Source: Azolla caroliniana (taxonomy: Eukaryota; Plantae; Polypodiophyta). Taken from it: a stretch of 64,000 bases of DNA. The notes beneath the pieces are model-generated. The model did not search any database and was not told where the DNA came from. It worked only from the letters and a program-made list of their open reading frames with translations. Made by a program: the position numbers and the translations under genes. Within the stretch, counting starts at the first letter, position 1, and each line of letters begins with the position of its first letter. The DNA lies in assembly GCA_043228905.1 (NCBI GenBank), contig JBHGNT010000003.1:13454001-13518000 (forward strand). Direction: 5' to 3'. This document shows, one piece after another, positions 28,901 through 39,900 of the stretch.

Positions 28901-31513
28901 GCTAATTAGCTAGTACTATAGTTGTGTAAAAAAGCTAATTAGGTATCCTACTAGCTAATTAGCCACTGGCAACTAATTAGCTATCCTAGTAACTAATTAG
29001 CTACTGCCATAGTTGTGTAAAGTAGCTAATAAGCTATCCTAGTAGCTAATTAGCTACTAGCAGCTAATTAGCTATCCTAGTAGCTAATTAGCTATCCTAC
29101 TAGCTAATTAGCTACTACCATAGTTGAGTAAAGTACCTAATTAGCTATCCTACTAGCTAATTAGCTACTGGCAACTAATTAGCTATCCTAGTAGCTAATT
29201 AGCTATCCTAGTAGCTAATTAGCTATCCTACTAGCTAATTAGCTGTTGGCAACTAATTAGCTATCCTACTAGCGAATTAGCTATCCTAGCGAATTAGCTA
29301 TCCTAGTAGCTACTGCCATAGTTGTGTAAAGTAGCTAATAAGCTATCCTAGTAGCTAATTAGCTACTGGCAGCTAATTAGCTATCCTAGTAGCTAATTAG
29401 CTACTGGCAGCTAATTAGATGTCCTAGTAGCTAATAAGCTATCCTAACTACTACCATAGTTGAGTAAAGTACCTAATTAGCTATCCTAACTACTACCATA
29501 GTTGAGTAAAGTACCTAATTAGCTATCATACTAGCTAATTAGCTATCGTACTAGCTAATTAGCTATCCTAGCTTCTACCATAGTTTAGTAAAGTAGCTAA
29601 TTAGCTATCCTAAATAACTGTCATGTTATTGTAGAATCTTGTGGATTAAGGACGGCACATGATGTGTCTGGTGCTGATGATGCTGCAACAGATGAGGATA
29701 CTACTGCCAATGTGGCTGAAAGTAAGAGTCCTGCTATCACATCTCCTTCAGATCAGTTGCACCCTATTCTTTTGGAACAGTGTACTGAATTAGGCAACGA
29801 TGTGAAATGCCATGAAATAGTGGAAACAACATGTAAAACTGAGGTTCACAACAACAGTGTTTATGAACACTTGATGCAACATTTCTTCGAGTCTCAAGAC
29901 CTTGATTCCACCCCACCGAGCCCAACTACTGAAAATGTCCAAACAGATCCCTCTGTACTTGAAAAGCTAGTTCAAGAAACGGCTGATGTGCAATTAGCTG
30001 CTGAGGCGATGGGAAGGTTGTCGGAGGAGGACACACTTGCGCATTGGGTCCTAGAAGCAAGGCTAAATGGGGAACCAACCAGAAAAAGGCTGAAGAAGGG
30101 GCCACGATCGGGAACAAGACCAGTTACTTGGTCAAGGGGCCCAGACGTAGTGGAGCAAAATACTGTTTAGTTGGATATGATTGTTAGCTTAGGGATTTTG
30201 CTAGGGTTTTATGAAGTTTTACTATCCTGTTGGACAAGTAAAACCTCAGATTGGTTGTTGCTTGATCCACATTATGTAATGGAACTCTATGATGTTTTTC
30301 CAAGATAATTTGAAGAGTGTTGTTCTATGACTGAAACTCTTTGATGTTCAGGATATTGTTTTGTGAGACTAGTAGTTACTTTGTGAGTGTGAATATGTTG
30401 GTGTTTTCTGATGTTGCAGAGTCTAAAGGGTTTGATTCTATTGCTCGTAAGGCCAATGGCAGTGTGGATACTGTTGATGTTGCGGCATGTTTAAAGGGCC
30501 CCATCTTGAAAGTAGATGTAGCAACTGACACAAGTGATCTGGTCACACAAGTTGATCAAGCATGTAGCACGGATGACTTGGTGTTGCAGGTAGATGCAGC
30601 ATGTAGCACGGATGACTTGGTGTTGCAGGTAGATGCAGCATGTAGCACGGATGACTTGGTGTTGCAGGTAGATGCAGCATGTAGCACGGATGACTTGGTG
30701 TTGCAGGTAGATGCAGCATGTGATACCAGTGGACTGATATCGAGCAGAAGAGTAGCTACATGCACTGAGGTAATCCAAGGATTGATAACTAAGTCGACAA
30801 AACAAGAGCACCAGAATGTGAAGCTAGGCCCAACACAGTCGACTAGGGGTTTAAAGAGGAAAAGGACACCAGTTGTGTCAGCCGAACCTGAGCTGATTGA
30901 GATTGATCGTATCCTACCAGAAAATGGTGTAACAACGGCTCAGTTTCAGGAATGGAAACCTAAACCACTAGAAGTCGAGCGAAGAGCCTTGATCTTGGAG
31001 CTTGATAAAGTCTTGATGAGTGTGAGATATATGCAGCCAAGGAGGGACGCAAATCAGTTTCTAGAGTGGGCTGTGGAGTACTTCGATTTGTTTATTTGGA
31101 GTGAAAAACCAAAATCAGATGTGTGGAAGTGTTTGGCAAGATTCTTCCCAAAATGGCGAAGTCGTTTTAAAGGTCAATGGGCACGAGAAAATTGTGAGCA
31201 GATGGAAGCTGCAAGATTCAAGAGGCTTTCTGATTTTTGGGCTACTTGGCCTGAATATAATGCTGACAATACATTGATTTTGGATACAGAACATTTCCGA
31301 CACTACTTCAATATTCGGAGATGCTGTCTCATTCTACCCGAGGAAATGCCTGAACAGTACCTGGTGCAAACAGTGAGCTGCCAACTAGGTGCATGGTTGT
31401 GGACTCCATACCGAGCTCAATATGCGGATAATATATGTAGACTCGTTCCACTGACTAGCAAGAGCTTAGCTGTTTATAGGAGATTTGTAGACATTTCCAA
31501 TGGTAATTTATAA
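25953..31513 (+). CDS. Predicted multi-exon cargo gene (~789 aa): unknown N-terminal domain, coiled coil, RING-H2-like finger, 13-aa repeats, degenerate FCP1/NIF HAD-phosphatase domain
   Basis: GT-AG exons 25953-25981, 26538-27219, 27298-27441, 27526-27859, 29635-29721, 30420-31513 join in frame (2370 nt) with consistent phases; CIAC..CNHTYHLLC; LILELDKVL..FLEW..FIWS..NTLILD. Confidence 0.65.
26020..26430 (+). repeat. AT-rich minisatellite containing TTAGGGTTT (telo-box-like) units, within a predicted intron
   Basis: Repeated TTCTGATTAGGGTTT(G/C)TGATT...AAAT units inside predicted intron 25982-26537. Confidence 0.8.
27873..29611. repeat. Array of the palindrome TAGCTAATTAGCTA filling a predicted intron of the cargo gene
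   Basis: Dozens of copies with short linkers (TCCTAC, CTGGC, CCATAGTTGTGTAAAG); bounded by a donor at 27860 and an acceptor at 29634. Confidence 0.95.
30560..30721 (+). repeat. In-frame 39-bp coding tandem repeat (ACSTDDLVLQVDA x4)
   Basis: Four identical 39-bp units plus degenerate flanking units in ORF 30341-31513. Confidence 0.95.
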
Positions 31514-31658
31514 ATATGTAAAGAGATGACATTATTCAATGAAGAATTTAATTACTTGTTCCCACTGTACTTATCTACTGTGTAATTTGAGGAATATGTT
31601 GCAGATTGTTGATTTCATTCTATTGATGACTATTTAGCTATTGACAGCTAATTAGCTG

Positions 31659-32682
31659 CATTTGTAGAGCTAATTAGCTGCATTTGTACAGCTAATTAGC
31701 TACTGATGACTATTTCGCTATAACTTATAACTTAAAACTTAACAAAAAAGACATGATTTTATTGAGAAAGAAGCACAGAAAGCAGACTGTATACAAGAAA
31801 TTGATTCCAAACGAATTTATTGATCTGTTTTCGCGAAATACATGTTTGTTTTACAAGAGAACATGGTAAGTGCTACTTGTAACTACAAATTCCATGGCAT
31901 ACTATTGTAAATACATTTGTACAGCTAATTAGCTGCATTTGTACAGCTAATTAGCTACTGATGACTATTTCGCTATAACTTATAACTTAAAACTTAACAA
32001 AAAAGACATGATTTTATTGAGAAAGAAGCACAGAAAGCAGACTGTATACAAGAAATTGATTCCAAACGAATTTATTGATCTGTTTTCGCGAAATACATGT
32101 TTGTTTTACAAGAGAACATGGTAAGTGCTACTTGTAGCTACAAATTCCATGGCATACTATTGTAAATACATTTGTACAGCTAATTAGCTGCATTTGTACA
32201 GCTAATTAGCTACTGATGACTATTTCGCTATAACTTATAACTTAAAACTTAACAAAAAAGACATGATTTTATTGAGAAAGAAGCACAGAAAGCAGACTGT
32301 ATACAAGAAATTGATTCCAAACGAATTTATTGATCTGTTTTCGCGAAATACATGTTTGTTTTACAAGAGAACATGGTAAGTGCTACTTGTAGCTACAAAT
32401 TCCATGGCATACTATTGTAAATACATTTGTACAGCTAATTAGCTGCATTTGTACAACTAATTAGCTACTGATGACTATTTCGCTATAACTTATAACTTAA
32501 AACTTAACAAAAAAGACATGATTTTATTGAGAAAGAAGCACAGAAAGCAGACTGTATACAAGAAATTGATTCCAAACGAATTTATTGATCTGTTTTCGCG
32601 AAATACATGTTTGTTTTACAAGAGAACATGGTAAGTGCTACTTGTAGCTACAAATTCCATGGCATACTATTGTAAATACATT
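31659..32682. repeat. Four tandem copies of a 255-bp unit containing the transposase C-terminal codons, stop and 3' flank
   Basis: The same motif recurs at 31681, 31936, 32191 and 32446; each unit includes CTACAAATTCCATGGCATACTATTGTAAATA (YNSMPWNL* on the - strand). Confidence 0.92.
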
Positions 32683-35600
32683 CATACACATTAGCACCAA
32701 CAGTGTATAAACCGGAGCAGCTATTGTATTCTGACATTGGGACGTTGATGCATCTGACCAAATGAGAGTACATATACGCCGCTGGTTTGTCTTCTAACAG
32801 CCTGTACACATATTCGTAGTCATCTAGTTTTGCATAAAAAATGCCTTCGATGTAGAATGTCCCGGCAGATACAAAATTTCCCCATGCATCTACAATATTC
32901 TGCCTTGCACACTGTTTACTAACCGTGCACTTTAATATATAGAAATCAGCACCCTCTGAATTGCCTTCTTCAGCATTTACAACGAAGTTATCCCCAACGT
33001 TCAGGACATCACTCAAAGTATCTCCAAGTCCCTCATATGTGAAGTCAGCATTCTGCCCTATTTCTCCATCAACTGCTTCCTTATCATTCAGAGTGTGATA
33101 CTCCCAATTCTGAATGTATGCTTTGTTTAGACAATATCTCCAATTTCCCTGCACACAATGGAAGCAAAAACAAGTCAATTCTCTAACCGCAATACAATGA
33201 CCATCCAACCTGGAATAACCGCGAACAGCATGCAGAGATCGCAATTCGGGAATTCCTTGGCACTCCCAGGTCTTCTCCCTATTTACTTCATCTATCTTCA
33301 CTTCCCAAAATTCACGTTTGATATCTCGAACTTGCGAGGAATAAACACCTGTGGCACTCGTCGACATATTTGTTCTTAAAAATTCAACTACATGTGATGC
33401 ACAATTCATGTGCACACCATCTGTCTTTAGTTGTTCATGGGTAAGTGCCCGCTTTATAACAGCCCCTGCACCATCATGTTCACCTTTACCATGGCCAGAC
33501 CCAAAAAAATTCCATCTCATCTCCAAACCTGTTATAGCAGGATACCTCCCCACAAAATAAAATGGACGTCGAGCCTTGAATTGTGACGCAGCTCCGTCAG
33601 ACCAGACCCAATGTTGAGTAAGCTCCAAACGTTGAGCTAATAACCACTGCCAATGTAACTTAAAACAGTGTTGGACGAACAAGGTATCATGCTTCTTATC
33701 ATCGGAAATAAAGAAATGAATTACTTTTTTAACATCACCTGAAACTCGAAAATATGTTATGTGCATAAAAATGGTTACCTGAACTGAACACCAATGCATA
33801 GATTGAATTTCATTCTGCTGCTTGAAAGTATAATTCTCTGCGAAATCTACTACTGAGACTACTACATCATTTGGGAAATCAGATATGCAAGTCTTAAACT
33901 GATGGGCCTGCCATGAATAAATGAAGTTGTGTTTAATGAACTTTCCTAGAGATACTACAAACAGAGACACCAAATCCCTTGGTTTAAGCATCTTCCGAAC
34001 TAGATCCTTTCTTTTACACACCTTTCCTTCGAAATTGGTGTTCACTGACTCAAATAACTTCACAGAGATCAATATTTCACTACTCAATTCATTTGGACAC
34101 CACCTAAATCTAGTAGGGCCACAATCTTGACATAAACCCATGACACATTTATGAATATGGAAGATAGCGTCAGATTCTCTCGGACACAATATTGAATCTA
34201 ATAAATAACTCATGGAAGAGATAACGTGCTCAGATGATTTACACTCCTCTTGCGGGCTTGATCGACAGATTGGGCACCCACATGTGCAAACTGTATTAGT
34301 TAGGGATGCGCTATGGTGACGTAGTAGATTAACAGAGTCCTTCAGAAAACCCATCTGTACATGGTAAATGCAACAACATGTGTATCGATCCTTTAAGCGT
34401 CTCACAAAGTGTGGCTTAAGAGACTCGAATGTTCGTAGTTGAACTTTGATAGTTGGATGCATTCGTTTGAACCTAATAAATAAATCGACCTGCGTAATAA
34501 AGGGGAATTAGTTATTCTCGTAACTAGCTAACTATCCTAGTAGCTAATTAGCTATTCTAGTAGCTAGTTAGCTATTCTAGTAGCTAGTTAGCTATTCTAG
34601 TAGCTAATTAGCTATCATGGTAGCTAATTAGCTGTCCTAGTAGCTAATTAGTTGTCCTAGTAGCTAATTAGCTATCATGGTAGTTAATTAGCTGTCGTAG
34701 TAGCTAATTAGCTATCATGGTAGCTAATTAGCTATTCTAGTAGCTAATTAGCTATCATGGTAGCTAATTAGCTATTCTAGTAGCTAATTAGCTATCATGG
34801 TAGCTAATTAGCTGTCGTAGTAGCTAATTAGCTATCATGGTAGCTAATTAGCTGTCCTAGTAGCTAATTGGTTGTCCTAGTAGCTAATTAGCTATCATGG
34901 TAGCTAATTAGTTGTCGTAGTAGCTAATTAGCTATCATGGTAGCTAATTAGCTATTCTAGTAGCTAATTAGCTATCATGGTAGCTAATTAGCTGTCGTAG
35001 TAGCTAATTAGCTATCATGGTAGCTAATTAGCTGTCCTAGTAGCTAATTAGTTGTCCTAGTAGCTAATTAGCTATCATGGTAGCTAATTAGCTGCTCTAG
35101 TAGCTAATTAGCTATCATGGTGGCTAATTAGCTTTCCTAGTAACTAATTAGCTATCATGGTAGCTAATTAGCTTGTCTAGTAGCTAATTAGCTATCATGG
35201 TGGCTAATTAGCTTTCCTAGTAACTAATTAGCTATCATGGTAGCTAATTAGCTGGTCTAGTAGCTAATTAGATATCGTGGTAGCTAATTAGCTGGTCTAG
35301 TAGCTAATTAGCTATAATGGTGGCTGATTAGCTTTCCTAGTAACTAATTAGCTATCATGGTAGCTAATTAGCTGGTATAGTAGCTAATTAGCTATCATGG
35401 TAGCTAATTAGCTATCACGGTGGCTAATTAGCTGTCCTAGTAACTAATTAGCTATCATGGTAGCTAATTAGCTGGTCTAGTAGCTAAGTAGCTATAATGG
35501 TGGCTAATTAGCTATCCTAACTAATTAGCTATCATGGTAGTAGCTATTGAGAGTAGCCAGTTACCTATGTAGTAGCTATCATAGTAGCTAATTAGCTATC

Positions 35601-36655
35601 ATGGTAGCTAATTAGCTTTCCTAGTAGCTAATTAGCTGGTAATAACGAAATAGCTAACTAGCTACCATGATAGCTAACTAGCTAGCAGTACAACTAATTA
35701 TCTGGTAGTACCTAAATTAGCTATTGAGAATAGCTAATTAGCTATCATGGTAGTAACTATTGAGAGTAGCTAGTTACCTATGTAGTAGCGATCCTAGTAG
35801 CTAACTGAGGTAAATGTAACTGATAAGCTAATTAGCTTTTCTGCTAACTGAGCTAATTAACTTTCCGAGTAGAGTCAAAACAAATGTTGAGATAAATGTA
35901 AATACCTGAGGTACATCAAGAAGATGAATGGGATGCTCCTCGTATTGATTTCTTCCAACACGTTTCCTGCATAAATCCTTTTTATTGGGTGAAACCCTAC
36001 TCTCATTAGTCCAAAACATTGTGATTACATCCTTGATTTCAAATGTTATGGGTGTCATTGGCTTACATCTTGTAGTTAGCTTTAGTAGACTAGTTCCTTC
36101 ACCCGAGGAAATTATACGGTTCATTGTATTGTACACTGTTTTTCTACTAACACCAATTACCTTAGATAGCTCACTGATGTTTATATCGTCAACATCACTA
36201 TTAAGTAACATCATTAGACTAGACCTTTTTAAGACAAGATCATCTTCTGACCTGCTCATGGATACGAAACTATTACGAAGATTATTTACTAAAATAGATG
36301 ATATGTTTGCATTAAGACCATCACAATCAACTAAGTCCTTTATCGATGGATCATTACATATTCCATAAAGTACTACCTTCTTTTCTTCATTGCTGATGTG
36401 CTTGGTTTGAACATTGAAATAGTCTACAACCTTTCTCTCTATGATGGTAGTCGCATTACTTACATTCTCAGCTAAACTATCCTTACCTTTACTGAGTGTG
36501 GCTTTCGTATCCTTCAACAATTGACGATGTTTCCTTTTTTTTTCTGCCCAATAGTTTTGTATGGCTTGTTGTGTCCTGATAACATCATCCCTATCCTTAT
36601 GATCATTGAGGGGTAATTCTAAACACCCTTCTTCCCCTTCCATTTGGCTAGACAT
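32648..36655 (-). CDS. Sola2-like DDD transposase, two exons (36655-35906, 34489-32648), ~863 aa, apparently intact
   Basis: Phase-0 GT-AG intron 35905-34490 joins LLDVPQ|VDLFIRFKRMHP in frame; motifs HP..F..LKP..TCCCIYH, VVDFAENY..QSMHW, SDDKKHD, WSDGAASQFK, HGKGEHDGAG. Confidence 0.85.
34510..35860. repeat. 20-bp-period array of the palindrome TAGCTAATTAGCT(A) filling the transposase intron
   Basis: Roughly 50 consecutive 20-bp units between ~34540 and ~35520, with alternating linkers ATCATGG and (G/A)T(C/T)CTAG; degenerate flanks. Confidence 0.95.
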
Positions 36656-36998
36656 GTTAAAACCCTAAATTTCCAAAAAAAAAAACAAGTATTAAAGATG
36701 GCTATGGGCAACAACAATACACAAAAATATTCCACACAATACACAAGATTAGACACAACAATACACAAGATAATCAATAGACAGAAAAGTTATTGCAATC
36801 CAAGACCGAACAGTAGAGAATTTCACTCTGTTGGATCCAACAGTTGAGGAGGCGATCCAAGACCGACCAATGGCAACAACTGAGTGTAGAATGTTGCCGT
36901 TGGATGAGTGAACTCCGTCAAATCGAAATGTGGAAGCAATCCGGGACTGGACAGTAGTGGCAACTGAGTATAGAATGATGGCAATGGAGGAGAGAACC

Positions 36999-39900
36999 TG
37001 TTGGGGACAATGTCGTCTGTGCGGAAGATCTTGAAGCACTCGATTCCTGTTTATTCCCTGTGTATGACTGTTTGTAGGTCGTTGCACAGAGAGAGAGAGA
37101 GAGACACAAAAAAAAGTCTTTCTATTGCATAAACAAGAATACAACATCCAACCTCAGAAAGAGGTTACAAGGTCACTATATATAGTGACCGACTTAGGGC
37201 AACTACCCTTTATGCTAATTACATAAATGGCCAAAACGGGATAGTGTGAATACGTCCATTATACACATGTATTCGACACTCCCCCGTAATGGGCGTATAC
37301 ATGGGTTATCTAAGATTACAGGTATAGACTTAGGTTCTCGGACATATCAGCTTTGTTCGAGTCGGCAGGGTCCGAAGGCAGAAGACCGAACTGGTCGGGT
37401 CGGAACAGTTGAAGCCGATCATTAAGAAACTGATGTCGGTTGTCGGGAACCATCCTGCTCTGTGTCCGGCTCTAACCAGACTGGTTTGTCGTTACGCCCA
37501 TCTGATGCCGAAGAGACCGAAAGCGGTCTGCCGAAAGACACTTGGTCATTCCATCTGCGACATTGTCGGTTGTGGATATTTTCTCTAGACCGATTTTCCC
37601 TGAAATGACGCAGTCCCGAACGAAGTGATATCGAACGTCGATATGTTTGGAGGCGTTGTGGTGAACCGGATTTTTCGACAAGGCAACAGCACCTTGACTG
37701 TCGCTGTAGACAACTGGAGCCGAGTCATGGTCGACTTGTCGAAACGTGTGCGCCAGTCGACCGAGCCACAAAGCTTCTTTTGCTGCGTCGGACGCAGCTA
37801 CATATTCTGCTTCGGTCGTTGAGGTCGCTATGCACTCCTGAAGTTTCGACTTCCACGAGATTGCTCCATTGCCGAATTTGAAGCAGTATCCGGTTGTTGA
37901 TTTCCGACTGTCTATACAGCCGGCGAAATCCGAGTCGGTGTAACCGACTACGCCTGAGGTTCGGTTCGGACCGAAAAGAATGCCGTGATCTTTTGTGCCA
38001 GCCAGATATCTGAACACATGCTTGACTGCGTTCCAATGCGATCGGCCAGGATTGTGCATAAATCTGCTAACGACTCCTACGGCATGAGAGATATCAGGCC
38101 GTGTCGCGACCATCAGGTACATAAGGGAGCCGACTGCCGGTGCATACGGTACCGACTTCATATCTTCCCCCTCCGAACCGGATGTCGGGCAGTCTCGCTG
38201 AGAGAGCCGAAGATTCATAGGGAGCGGGGTTGAAGCAGATTTGGCTGATTGCATGTTGAAGCGTTCCAAGACACGTCCGATATAGTCGGTCTGAGACAAA
38301 AAAAGATGTCGTTTATCGCGATGCCGACTAATCTTCATGCCAAGGATGTGTCGTGCCGGACCGAGGTCCTTCATGGCAAACTTCAACCGCAGTTGCCGAA
38401 CGAGATCGGCAAGTTCGCCCGCGTGGCGTCCAGAAATTAGCATGTCGTCCACGTAGATGATGAGGAAGATGGGTGATCCATCTTGAGCTGTGTTGGTGAA
38501 GAGACAATGGTCCTCATCGCTTTTGGAGAAGCCGATCGATTGGATGAAGTCGTCGAACTTCTTGTACCATTGTCGTGGTGCCTGTTTGAGGCCGTATAGA
38601 CTCTTCCTGAGTCGGCAGACTAGATGGTCTTGGCCGGTGGCCACGAAGCCTTTTGGCTGCTGCATATAAATTTCCTCCTCGAGATCACCATGGAGGAAGG
38701 CTGTTTTGACATCTAGCTGAATCAGCTCCAAGTTGTCGGCTGCCACTACGCCGAGTAGGAAACGAAGGGTTGTCATTTTCACCACTGGTGAAAAAATCTC
38801 GTCGAAGTCGACGCCAAATTCTTGTCGGAAGCCCTTCGCAACTAATCTGGCCTTGTACTTTGGGGTGGTCGAATCAGACGTCTCTTTTAGTCGATAGACC
38901 CACTTGCAAGGAAGAGCACGTCGGTTCCTAGGTAATTCGACCAGATCCCAAGTCTTGTTTGCCCGAATGGAGTGCATTTCCGACTCCATCGCCAGATGCC
39001 AGGTGGCTGAATCGACAGATGTCGATGCTTCTTCGTAAGACGTCGGTTCGCCGGCGTCGGTGAAGAAAATTCCAGGAGAGTACCTCTCCGGAGGTTGCGA
39101 CAGTCTCTCGGATCGTCGAGGTATGATTGGACTGGTCGCATCGGGTATCGAGGTCGGATGGTCCGAAAGAGAATCATTTGGCTGTGCCGAGTCGGAGTTG
39201 TCCGAGTCGGTAGTGTAAGGTTCAGCTACCCGTGAAGCTGACCGTGTGTTGAGAGCGGGGCCTTCTTGAAGGGTCGGCACATCGGAAAATGTTACCCTTC
39301 GGACTTCGATCGGTTTTTCGACTGATGGAGTCATAGCCGACTCGTTGAACACAACGTCCGAACTTCGGACGATTTGTCTGCGTTCGGGATCCCAGAGTCG
39401 GTATCCCATTTCGCCGTCGGATCCATATCCAAGGAAAATGCATTTCCTGGACCGAGGTGCAAGTTTTCGGCGATCATCTTTCGGAATAAGGGCGTACGCC
39501 TCGCATCCGAAGATCCTCAGCTTGTCGTAATTCGGCTTACTGCCGATCCATAGTTCCTGAGGAATTTGAAGTCCTAGAGGTCTACTTGGCGACATATTGA
39601 TTATGTGTACTGCCGTGAGTAGAGCCTCTGCCCAGAAGCCATCCGACAGTCGGGAGTGTTGGAGCATGGAAACTATCCGTTCTTGGATTGTCCGATTCAT
39701 TCGTTCTGCAATCCCGTTTTGCTCCGGACTGTGTGGTGCCGTAAATTCACGTCGGATGCCGCGTTGTCGGCAGAATTTGACGAATTCTTCTGATTTGAAC
39801 TCTCCCCCATTGTCGGTCCGAAGGCATTTCAGCTTTCGGTCGGTTTGATTTTCTACCATAGCGAGCCAATCGGTGAAGATCGAGAAGACCCGATCTTTGG

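Noticed and set aside
34510-35860. CRISPR-like look of a palindromic repeat with intervening linkers (also 27873-29611)
   Set aside because: Linkers are only ~6-7 nt and recur rather than being unique; no cas genes; eukaryotic intronic context.
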